Shown in pieces: positions 41,701-52,688 of a stretch of DNA of 64,000 nucleotides; within the stretch, counting starts at the first letter, position 1, and each line of letters opens with the position of its first letter. The stretch is from Octopus sinensis. Taxonomy: Eukaryota. The translations under genes and the position numbers were made by a program. The notes below the pieces were generated by a model. The model saw only the letters and a program-made list of their open reading frames with translations, had not been told where the DNA came from and did not search any database. The DNA is taken from positions 23,870,001 through 23,934,000 of the forward strand of contig NC_043021.1 in the NCBI RefSeq assembly GCF_006345805.1, given 5' to 3'.

Positions 41701-42745
41701 CATCTCCAGCATTTTCTTAACGGTGAACAGGTGTGGTCAGCGTTTGTCAAGCAGAGCTTTTCGCAGCTCGTCTCATTGACAGAGGTACAGTCCTGGTTTA
41801 AGCGTAGACCAAGAAAGGACGCTTGGCACCTGGAGTGTCAGCTAGCGTTCACAGCTTTCTGCCAATCGGGAAACACGGTCGGTGGAATTCCACCATGGAG
41901 TTCTGTAGGGGATAAGTTGCGGTAAGGGCGATGAGGACTTTGGGAAAATTCTGGGCGTCGGGAGGAATCAATTAACTGGTATTTTCTGGAGGACTTTCGG
42001 GCCGGGGCCTATTGCCTGGCAATGCTAGCTTGTAGATCTGCCGGTTCGAGAGATACTCTACAGACACGAAAGTACTGTCCGAGGCGTGCGCTGGGCGGCG
42101 AGACCGTCCTGCTTGCATTCGCCTAGCGTCCCTGCATTAATAACTTGTGGAGCTTTTCCGAACAGCTGTTATCACGTGTAGGACGGACCCGGTTATCAGC
42201 TGAGTCTATCGCGAAGATCGCCCCACCGCCTTCCTTTGACCGCAAAGGAAAGGCAGTTTTTCTCTCTTCGCTAGCTATGGTGACGTTGGTAGTGTGGTGG
42301 ACGAAATTGAAAGGACTGAAGACAGATACTTTCCTCTCCGCCCAAGCCCTCATCAACCTTTTCAAGTTCCACTGGAAAAGGAAAGTAGGGATAGAGATGG
42401 AAGTTCTGCACACCAGTAAAGTTGTTGAAAGGTGGGTGCATGTGGCGAGGATGGTCCGTGTGAATGGGCCTACTCTGAACTTTCGTTTGTTAACCGGAGG
42501 AATTGAGAATGAGAGAGGCGCCTGCTAAGGTGCATCTGGTAGTCGGAATAACCAGAATGTAAGGTGTTCCTCTCTTGTTCTGTGAGGAACTACCCACTTT
42601 TCAGAAATTTTATTGTTTAATTGTTTTGTTAATAGTCATTGTTATTTCATTGCTTATTTCTATTTTTGTTTTAAACGACACGTATCACCAGTTTTGTACC
42701 GTCCCTATCTGTCTTATGATCGGCCCTTGTGGCCAATGAAGAGAT
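38720..42745 (+). mobile_element. Tx1-clade LINE, copy 3: older, diverged subfamily with internal deletions
   Basis: ORF2 start MGLIRV..VNVRGLGSPGKQ at 39977, FRLVAVYAP, LVGDWDA, FRPITLLNADYKILAKV, RQGCPLS, YADDVTV, KFHWKRKV. Decayed ORF1-like region upstream; 3' end GGCCCTTGTGGCCAATGAAG before (ATT)n. Confidence 0.85.
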
Positions 42746-42784
42746 GATTATTATTACTATTATTATTATTATTATTATTATTAT

Positions 42785-42874
<90 letters not shown>

Positions 42875-42890
42875 CAGCAGCATCAGCAGC

Positions 42891-42922
<32 letters not shown>

Positions 42923-42965
42923 CAGCAGCAGCAGTAGTAGTAGTAGTAGTAGCATCAGCAGCAGC

Positions 42966-43039
<74 letters not shown>

Positions 43040-43040
43040 C
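42746..43040. repeat. (ATT)(AGT)(GGT)(GCA) compound trinucleotide array
   Basis: Direct reading. Confidence 0.95.
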
Positions 43041-43049
43041 TCTTTCGAA

Positions 43050-43180
43050 ACTTGTTGCAAGGCCAGAATTTTGAAGAGGGAAACTGAGTGCATTGACCCC
43101 AGTGCTCAAATGATACTTAGTTTATCGACGCCGAAAGGATGAAAGACAATATTTACCTCGGTGGCATTTGAACTCGGAAT
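43050..43180 (-). mobile_element. SINE family C fragment
   Basis: Minus strand GAGTTCAAATGCCACCGAGG...CTTTCATCCTTTCGGCGTCGATAAA matches 54090-54150. Confidence 0.7.
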
Positions 43181-43609
43181 CGTTATTAAAATTATCGATG
43201 ATGGTGGCTCGTCTTAATAATCAAATCAAAGTTGAGAGACAAACAATTTTGGACTTCACTTCCAGAGAATTGATTCATATTTCCTTACATGTTATTCCAC
43301 CAATTTCGCTTCGGCTTCGATCCAGTTTATAAATTCCACACGGTCTCCTATTTTACATTTCGAAACTGTATGGCTAATATGATTCCATGCCCTTCAATAA
43401 AAAGGAAATTATAAGTTTCTTCTACAAATAAACACACGATCGAGTTACTTCACAGCGTAGACTACGGATAATGCGGTAAACTGTACGCTAAAGAAGTACC
43501 TTCTTTTTTTTCTGTCATATCCCGAACTTGGTATAGGCCAATCTAGCTCGAGCTTGGTATTAACCTAGCTAGCCCCGACCATCACCTCTGAAGGTCATAA
43601 ATAATAAAT

Positions 43610-44140
43610 ACGGTAATGCCTCGATATACATGTTAATTCGTTCCCGGAGACCCTTCGTAAAGCGAAAACTCGCAAGGCAAGCAATAATTTCCCATAATAG
43701 TAATGCTATAAATCGTAATTAGTTCCCAGAAAAATATTTTAGCAATACAATTTATAATACTCGTAAATAAATGGCAATAATACCACAGTAGAATGTAAAG
43801 AATGTTTTATGTAAAGTAAAAAGGATTAGTTGGGGCCGTGAAAAAATTCGCAGATAATTTAAATATAGTCCAATGAATAGTTATCATTTAATCAACATTG
43901 TTAAATTGGCACTATTTTGGCTAATGAAAAATTCTATTATTCTTTATGTTATATTTATTAATAATATAAGTATATGTTAAATACATCCGTTACAGCACGC
44001 GTTCCTATATCCAATGTTTCTAGTGTAAGTGATTCCCCTTCAGCGTTCAGGAGTGGATTCGTTTTGAGGTGTCCATTTAACTCTCACACTGTTCATCGCC
44101 TTTGCTCTTGAAAAAAAAAACACTACGTAAAGCAAGAGTA
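43610..44140. mobile_element. Probable Tigger-type MITE
   Basis: Starts TA-CGGTAATGCCTCGATATAC (Tigger/pogo-like TIR); right TIR is only weakly matching. Confidence 0.45.
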
Positions 44141-45190
44141 CGCCAATTCTATCGAATGTTTCCCCCGTGCTTTATTGATTGTCATAGAATAGGAGAGACG
44201 AACCGGAAGCTGCTTCCGATGCAGAACGAATGGAATGTTTGCATCGCTTGGAGTAAGTTTGACTCTTGGAATCAGTGTGACTCTCGTGTGAGATTGAGAT
44301 CCACTTATAATTGACGCTTTGATGCTATGCTCGTGGAGTTGAAATACTTCCTAGCGAGTTCAGTTGCATAGACCTTAGGTTATAGCGAGGTGTCTAAGAA
44401 GCATAATAATTGCTCCAACTTTTAAGTAAAGGCGATGGTGAGGCATTCCAGGAGGTGTAAGAAAGTTTATAAACTCCATGGGATAGTTCTGGGCTTCTTA
44501 TTCATTATCAGCTCTTACTGAGTCGATGCTTAGATATGTCTTAGTTTCAGTGAGCAATCTACTTGGAATTTCTTCAATTACTGCTAAGCTGTCCGAATTT
44601 TAGATCACTCAGTTTTTCATTTCTTTTGTTGTACAATTGTCAAATATATCAGATATCAAAGAATTGTTACATATGCATGCCTCGAGAATATCAATATTAT
44701 CTTTTGCGAGATTATCAAGAGAGCTTTGAAGAAATTCACTTCCAAGTTGTAGCAGCCACTTCGGAAAATCTTGTTCTCATGTTTTGCATAAGTTTGCATT
44801 TGATGAAAATTATCCCACATAGAAGAAATTTGAGGCAGGCATAAAGTACAGCTGCAGGAGGAGCGCTGAGAACAACTGGAAGAATTTGTATAAAATCTCC
44901 TCCTAGTACGATAATTTTCCCACCAAATATTCTATTACTATTCATAATATCTCTTAATTATCTATAGCTTTCAAAGTATAAACTGGTATCATTGAAGCTT
45001 CGTCAATAATGAAGACTTTTATTCGCCTAAGAATGTTTCATTGATCGGAATTTGGTGGAACATTGCACACACTTGTTTCACTCAAAGGAACTGGAAGCTG
45101 GAGTATACTGTGAAGAGTTTTACCACCTTTTAAGTGTGATGCTGCAATGCTAGTCCAGAAGTCAAGAGAAGTAGCTCGAATTTAATCCTG
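44140..45190 (-). pseudogene. Helitron PIF1-family helicase relic
   Basis: FGGKIIVLGGDFIQILPV, QNMR, YPMEFINFLTPPGMPHHRLYLKVGAIIMLLR, IPRVKLTPSD.NIPFVLHRKQLPVRLSYSMTINK. Confidence 0.88.
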
Positions 45191-45254
45191 ACTTATCTCT
45201 CTTAGCGTGACGAACACCGACGGTACAAGCGTAGTAACATATAGATTATTATAA

Positions 45255-45285
45255 CTAGCTAACCCCGTGCCGTCAAAAATGACGG
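45255..45285 (-). other. Helitron-type 3' terminus (hairpin + CTAG)
   Basis: Minus strand CCGTCA-TTTT-TGACGG, 11 nt, CTAG, then T. A weaker similar motif lies at about 43564-43598. Confidence 0.55.
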
Positions 45286-45370
45286 TTAATTGTAGTATTT
45301 TTATATATAAAAAGGGAACAAAAAGGTGAAAATAATCGAACAGTACTTCAACTCTGTGTCTGTGTGTGTG

Positions 45371-45420
<50 letters not shown>

Positions 45421-45651
45421 CAGGTATACATATGTATACATTTATATGTATGTGTAGCACAGTCTGTAGCGAACGCAGTTTCATATACTTTGACACAGCC
45501 TGCTTCCTTCCTTTTTAAGTGTGTCTGTTTTTATATATATATATATTGATAAAAATGGTAAGATAACAAAAGAAAGAAAGAGACCTCGATATTATGTAAA
45601 TAGAGGAATTTATCTGTAAATGTAATATGTGCCAAGATAAAACTCCAAGTT

Positions 45652-45691
<40 letters not shown>

Positions 45692-45789
45692 TATAAATAT
45701 ATAAATCACCACGCTCATTATTATATTAGAAGATTGTTTTCTGAATCACTTTCACTTGCGTTCATCATCACCTGTAGACGCGATCGCCC

Positions 45790-47590
45790 ATTCACAAGCA
45801 ATCGTTGATGGACCTGTAGATTTCTTTTTAAAAAACAAGTCTAGTGTTGTTTCTTTAGAAGCTTTCCTTCGCCCTTTATAAATTTCCCGGTAACACACAA
45901 GCATTTGTTATGGTAGTAGAAACTTTTGCACTTCCCAACGCACTATGCAAATGTCGAAATGCTTGCGTAAGTCCTTTCAATGTGAATGCATTTACTGGCA
46001 TTTCATCGACAGTCTCCTTTTCCTCTTCTCTCTTTGCCTACACTTGCATTACAATAAGCTCTTTGTTAATGGGTTCGTCACCATGTGATTGAAGCAGCCC
46101 ATCTACGTCACTTAACGACACGTAAAGATTCATTTCATTTTCCAGGTTCACAATTTCTTCTGTTTCTTTTGTACATTTTCTTGTAGGTATTCAAAAGCAT
46201 CAAAATCATGAAGAAATTGTGGGCAAAGTTCTTTCCAAAAGTCCTTTATATTCGATTGAGTGATATTATACCACGCATTTCCTATTATTTTTACTGCGGT
46301 ATAAACGTTGTGCTTTTTCCAGTATTCCACTACAGTTGGTCCTGCTTTTTGTCCGTTTCTTCATTCAGCATTGCAAGTGTGTAGCGTACATAATGGGCTT
46401 TAAAAGTTGCAATAACACCCTGCTCCATTGGTTGCAAAAGTAACTTCGTATTGGGAGGCAAAGAATAACTTTGATATTAAGATGGAGATGTTGCAGAATC
46501 GGAGGGTAGCTAGGTTCATTGTCAATAAGCAACATTACATGAAATGGAAGTTCGTTCTGAACACAATATTTCTTAACTTCCGGCACAAAGTGATATAAAA
46601 ACCACTCGATAAACTAGCATTACGTCCCCAAATGCATTTCCTCCAAATAATAATGTCAGTCGATTTTTTGCAACTTTAAAACCAGGCAGCGCAGATTCTT
46701 CTTTAGTAATATAACTTTTCTGTTTCATTGACATTAATAATCAGTCATGATATGTAGCCCTATTCTTCAATTATTTCTGCCAATGTTTCTTGGAATTTTT
46801 CTGCTGCATCGACATCAGCGCTTGACGCTTCTCCTTGCGTTTTCACGGCATGTATTCCATGACGATTTTGAAATCGATCAAACCAGCCTCTGCTTGCAAC
46901 AAAAGTTTTGTTTGTGCCACCTTTCGTTTCTTTAAGCAGATTGAAAAGGGAAAATGCTTTGCTACAAGTCGTTGTTTGATTAACATTCATATGCATGCCC
47001 TGTGCTTTGTCAATTAACCTTCAGAGAGGTCCACAGCTCTTCAATATCCTCCCGAAGGACCTGAGAGACCTGCATGGAGTGGATGCAGATGTCTTTAAAA
47101 TAAAACTGGATCTCTTCCTGTCAGGTGTCCCAGATGAACCAACTTCACGGCAGGAGGTGCAGAGGAGGGCAGCTGCATCGAACTCTCTCATGCACCAAAT
47201 GGCAATTGCTAAAAAGCATTCGTGAAGTAAAATCATGTAGCAACACCGAATGGCGGTGCCCCAGCATGGCCACAGCTCGTGAGCTGAAACTAGATAAAAT
47301 AAAATAAATAAAAATAAAAAAATTTAAAGTTTTCCCATTTCCAGAATAATACTTCCTGCATCTCTTTTACGAGTCCAGGTTGATAGCAAAGGCTTCGCAT
47401 TTCTCACTTGCGATAAATATTTTTGCTTTCCTTTGAGAATTGTACGGACAGTTGACGAGTTAGGTGAAAGTTTTCACTGTTGTACCGCCATCGGGCATTT
47501 TTACAATTTCATACATCTTTTCCAAACTGATGGCTTTTCATTTCTTTTTATTCTCGTTGGTGTCTGTGGTACACTTTCGTTTAGACATAC
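45790..47590 (-). mobile_element. Tigger/pogo transposase relic (CENP-B-like HTH + DDE_1) interrupted by a LINE fragment
   Basis: MSKRK..., STVRTILK, FVASRGWFDRFQNRHGIHAVKTQGEASSADVDAA, MLLIDN, IGNAWYNIT. Confidence 0.85.
46995..47322 (+). mobile_element. CR1-like LINE 3' end nested in the Tigger relic
   Basis: RGPQLFNILPKDLRDL..DVFKIKLDLFLSGVPDEP-stop, 3'UTR GGCGGTGCCCCAGCATGGCCACAGCTCGTGAGCTGAAAC and an A-rich tail. Confidence 0.82.
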
Positions 47591-48517
47591 TGGGTGGCTT
47601 TAAACTGTGCCGAGTCGTATAAAGTGACGAAACTATAGTTGCTCTTACCTCAAGCTGCTGCAATCGTGAACCGCGGCTAAATCATTCGGGTGTCATCACA
47701 TGTTGACTCTACCTTTCTCACGCTAGTTTGGATCACTTCAAATTGCTGATAGCAGCATGACTTGCCTCTTCTGCAGCCACCTTTAAAAAAGGAGAGAGGT
47801 GCCATGTCGCTCGCCGACGTGACGTCTTCTCGTCCACTTGCAACATCTCACTTCCTCCCGTCCAGTTAATTGCCCTTCCACCACACAATATAATATATGT
47901 GCAGCGACTTCGTACAGCAGCGACTTCGCACGGCAATATATGTACATACTCGTAGAAATAGAATTCCCATCTCTCTTTTACAACCACGTGTAATATATCA
48001 AAACACTCTGCAGTGAATGCAGTTTTGATCAAGGAGTAAATTTTTCAAATATCAATGATAATGAATGGTAAAAATCATTAATTATTTTACCAGGAATCAG
48101 CGCGGAAATAAAAACCTTAAAGGTAAATTTTAGAAATATGTTAATGATTTTATACATAATTATAGCAAGGGATTGGCTATAAGCCTCTCCATGTATACAT
48201 ATGTTTATTTACTTGTCAATTTATACTTGAGAGCAGTAAGTAAATATGAAACAGCTTGAAACAGGATCTTGTACACGGTTAACCAAAATTTTAATTCATT
48301 ATCTTTCTGTTGCCCGACTACAGCCCGTGTTTTATTTTTGGGACTTTTTAAGGTGGTAATAGCGTCTTTGGCATCAATTTCTCTAGCGCGAGGATAGGCT
48401 TATAGCCAACCCGTTGTTATAATTATGTATATAATTACTGAAATATTTGTAAAATTTACTTACCAAGTTTTTTGTTTCCGCGCTGACCCCCTGGTAAAAT
48501 GATTAATGATTTTTACC

Positions 48518-48558
<41 letters not shown>

Positions 48559-49875
48559 ATATTACTCTGCGTGTTTGAGTTCTTTGTCTGTTTGTTACGC
48601 TTAGGTCAAGGAGATAATAACTCGAAAGGAGAAATATAAAGAGAGATAAAGAGAAGGAGGAGAAGGAAGAGAAAGGGGAGTAACAGAACAAAGTGAGAGA
48701 CGGGGTGGGGAGGAAGAATGTCTAGATTATGCAGCATCTATGTGTTCAAGTCGCAGGGCCGGGGTTTCTCGACACAAATAACAGGAAGAACAACAACAGT
48801 AACAACAGCAACAACAACAACAACAACAACAAAATGCAAGAACTATGACTACTGCTTGCTTACTTCTTGTAATGTTCTGATATGGGCTTTGTCTTGGATT
48901 TCTTGAATAAATCCCGCAATAAATTACGGTTAAACCAACCGACAATGCAAATACCATTTTAGAGCGGAACACTGCTCTTGGGATACCCAATAAAATTTTA
49001 TCAACACTTTTGCAGGAGATAGGTGAAATTAAGTACAGAATTCTCAAATGTGTCATATTACATTCTATAATATCCTCTATCGCTTTCACCTCTATGGTTA
49101 GGGCTTTGGCTTGCAAGCCAGATTGTCCTAAGCTCTGTATGAAATTGCTTACTTCTGACTTTAGCCAAAAGTCGATCATCGATCTACGGGTAACATTTCT
49201 CTTGATATATGATTGATTCACTCGCCCGCTTTCAAACTGTGTTAATGGAGTGAAGTAATTAATGTTTTATAGAGGTTTTAGCGTTTATTTCATCCTTGTG
49301 CTATAATTATATCTACATGCTAGCTATTTGATAGAATCATTAAATCGTTTGTTTTCTATTGATTAATTAATTAATTAATTAATTAATTAATTATATATAA
49401 ATAATTATGTATAATTTACTTCTGATCAATTTAAAATTTACTGCGTCGTTTATTTTGATTGAAAGCGCACGTGGCTTCTGGTGAAGAAATTAGATTTGAA
49501 AAAGTCTATACGTGTGGATGTATGTATATATACGTATATACGTATGGATACAAGTTTGTTCATATGGTATGTATAAATATCTACATACATAATATTTGGC
49601 GTTCCATACTGATGTCAGCACGGGGAATCTTTCTTTTGATATCTGATTGGTTCACTAGCCCGCTTTCAACCTGTGTTGACGGAATAAAATAATAAGAGGT
49701 TTACAGAGCTTTTAGCGTCTATTTCAAGCATGTTGATGTGTCTACGCACATCCTTGTGCGATAATCATACATATATAATTATATATCAGTTCTATATTTA
49801 AGAGATGAGAAATTATGTACATTATTTATATTATTTACATTTGACGAATATTTGTCCTTATCTTTTCTGTTGCTA

Positions 49876-49912
49876 ACGAAACGTTTCGGCTGATATACCC
49901 TTCATCAGGTGT
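49876..49912 (-). ncRNA. Damaged hammerhead (7-nt deletion in stem II)
   Basis: ACAC | CTGATGA | A GGGTATAT CAGCC | GAAA | CG | TT | TCGT. Confidence 0.5.
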
Positions 49913-49982
49913 CTTGGGAAAATTTTGAACCTGGGTTCTCAACGAGCTAGTTTTTTTAACCCAGGTTCGAAATTTTCCCAAG

Positions 49983-50026
49983 ACACCTGATGAAGGTTGG
50001 AGGGTATATCAGCCGAAATGTTGTGT
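49983..50026 (+). ncRNA. Minimal type-I hammerhead
   Basis: ACAC | CTGATGA | A GGTTG-GAGGGTATAT-CAGCC | GAAA | TG | TT | GTGT. The partner copy has CG at stem III (AACGTT palindrome). Confidence 0.72.
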
Positions 50027-50489
50027 TAGCAACAAACAAGATGACAAATATCCATCAAATGTAAATAATGTAATCATATATCAGTATAAATATTTTCGTA
50101 AATGGAGTTAAGAAGGTTGCTACTTGATAGAATCATTAAATGAGTTTGTCCTCCATTAATTAATTAATCGATTGATTAATTATATGTAAATATGTACATA
50201 AAAGAGTAGTATAAAACAGGGATGCAGAGAATCGTGTGGCTATTACAGTAATCTCCTAGGAACTCAGCTTTCGGTTCACATATTACTTAATTACAAATTA
50301 ACGAAATGATACCTGTACAACTGAAAATCCAGAAAATACGAGCTATAAATTACTCGACAAAGAACATATAAACGGTATGAGAGCTGAACGTAGATTTACT
50401 TCACCATGTGAGATCCATACGCTTACAACCGTTTCCCAACTTCTGTTGTATTAATCTCAGAGTGCAGAACATTATAAGTACATGTTAGT

Positions 50490-50705
50490 ATTAGTATTGG
50501 TTTCAAATTTTATCACAAGGCAAGAAACGTCGAGGGACAGGGGTAAGTTGATTAGATCGTCTTCGGTGCTTAAACAGATATTTTTTTATTGACCTCGAAA
50601 GGATGAAAGGCAAAGTTGACCTGGGCGGAATGTGAACTCAGAACGTAAAGGTGGATGAAATACCGCTAAGCCTTTCTCCCGGCATGGTAGCGATTCTGCT
50701 AGCAA
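50490..50705 (-). mobile_element. SINE family C with a CCTTGTG..AAAATTTGAAACC-type tail
   Basis: Head GCTAGCAGAATCGCTACCATGCCGGGAGAAAGGCTTAGCGGTATTTC and body match 54028-54160; the tail differs. Confidence 0.75.
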
Positions 50706-50830
50706 TTCTTCTTCTCTTCTTCTTCTTCTTCTCTTCTTCTTCTTCTTCTTCTTCGTCTTCTTCTTCTTCTTCTTCTTCTTCTTCTTCTTCTTCTTCTTCT
50801 TCTTCTTCTTCTTCTTCTTCTTCTTCTTCT
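50706..50830. repeat. (TTC)n microsatellite
   Basis: Direct reading. Confidence 0.97.
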
Positions 50831-51120
50831 CACACATTCTTTTGTATTTTTACATACATATTTTATATATTTTTTCCATTTTGTGTGTATTTTTTGTATG
50901 TATTACTTGTAAGGAAAAATCGTTTGCTGCTTAAGCAACCAGTAAAAAATGCATATTTCAGTTTGCAAACGGATACTTGAAGCTCGAAACTCATATTAGA
51001 GTAACACACTGCAAACATTATTAAGATTAGAAAAAAATTATCCCCACCAAAAGCCATCTCTACTCATTTTTTCAAATATATATAAAAATGTACCAAGAAT
51101 TTCTTTTTATTTTTCTACTA

Positions 51121-51183
<63 letters not shown>

Positions 51184-51233
51184 TCTATCTATCTATCTAT
51201 CTATCCATCTATCTATCTATCTATCTATCTATC

Positions 51234-51273
<40 letters not shown>

Positions 51274-51278
51274 ACTTA

Positions 51279-51322
<44 letters not shown>

Positions 51323-51436
51323 AATAGTAAAAAGTGAAAAAACTACCGAAGGCTTGTTTTAAAAGGTTAAATTATATATTTGAGTCAATATGTCTGAAGA
51401 ATATTATAAATTTTTTTCTACAATGAGATAGTTTAG

Positions 51437-51476
51437 AAGAAATGACCGGTTTCGCGTTTAGCTTTTCAAATTTCTT
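51437..51476 (-). ncRNA. Minimal type-I hammerhead, U3-A8 variant
   Basis: AAGAAAT | TTGAAAA | GC-TAAAC-GC | GAAA | CCGG | TC | ATTTCTT. Stem I is 7 bp, palindromic stem III ACCGGT, GUC cleavage triplet. Confidence 0.75.
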
Positions 51477-51512
51477 ACGTCGTTATGTTTATGTTATGTT
51501 TATATGAATATA

Positions 51513-51630
<118 letters not shown>

Positions 51631-51746
51631 TATATATATATATATATAACGGGAAGGTTTACGAAAATAAACAAAAGAGGATGGCAGGTGGATTACAAAC
51701 AAATAAATGTATTAGTATGGCGCTCAGGAATAGAAATAGAACAAGT

Positions 51747-51782
51747 CTTTTACGTTTCGAGCCTACGCTCTTCGACAGAAAA
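51747..51782 (-). ncRNA. Hammerhead-like motif in the PLE pseudo-LTR (A6U)
   Basis: TTTT | CTGTCGA | A GAGC-GTAG-GCTC | GAAA | CG | TA | AAAG. Confidence 0.65.
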
Positions 51783-52688
51783 ATACACAGAAAGAAAGAA
51801 ACAAGGAGAGAAAAAAATGCGTGCATGAGCTAACGGTCTATCATGGCGTTCTGACTTCAGGCAGAAGTCAGAGGTCAGAGGTCAGACGTTAGACGCTAGA
51901 GGGATAGTAGGGGAGATAACAGGGTCAAGTGACTTCAAAACGAAGGTGGCCCCAACACGAAGGTGCGTGTGTGTATAAGAGAATATGTATGTGCGGGTGA
52001 AAGAGGGCGTGTGTATGTGTGGGTGTGGAGATATGGGGGTGGGTGTGTGAGTGGTGTGTTGTGATGTGATGTGTAATGTGGGCGGTGTGCTGTGGGTGGT
52101 GTGTTGTGATGTGTAATGTCGTATGATGTAGTGTAATGTGGTGTAATGTTGTGGGGAGGTGGGGTCGAGGGGGGGAAAGCCCATGTGGGTGTGTGGGTTC
52201 GGCTGGGGGGTGGGGGTTAGGGTAGAGTGGGGATTGTGGGGAGAGTGAGAGGGGGAGAGTGGAGGGGAGAGAGAGAGGGGAGGGAGGAGGGGAGCGGAGG
52301 GGGGGAGAGGGAGGGGGGAGAGGAGATGAGGGGGGGAAGGAAGGAAGGAGGGCGGGAGGGGAGGGAGGGGGGAGGGGAGATGAGGATAGGAAGGAGGAGG
52401 GGAGGGTTATGAGGAGGGGGGTAGTGGTAGGGAGATGAGGAGAGGGGAGAGAGGAGATGAGGGGGAGAGAGGAGGAAAGGCGGGAGAGGAGGGGAGGGGA
52501 GGAGAAAGGAGAGAGGAGGAGGAGGGAGGGTAGAGGGGAGATAAGGGGAATGAGGGTGCAGAGAGAAAGAGAGAAGGGGAAGAAGAAAGAAGAAAGAAGA
52601 AGAGGGAAGAAGGGGGAAGAAGGGAAGAGGGAAAGAGAGTAGGGGTGAAAAGATGAAGGACTGAAGAGAAGTAGGAGTCGGGGGGAGG

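Larger units (their letters stand above)
49863..50040. repeat. Fold-back repeat with hammerhead-bearing arms
   Basis: About 49863-49934 is the reverse complement of about 49957-50040. Confidence 0.85.

Noticed and set aside
52211-52222. Telomere-like GGTTAGGG next to the PLE
   Set aside because: A single hexamer within a G-rich tract is expected by chance, and the element has a GIY-YIG endonuclease, unlike telomere-associated endonuclease-deficient PLEs.
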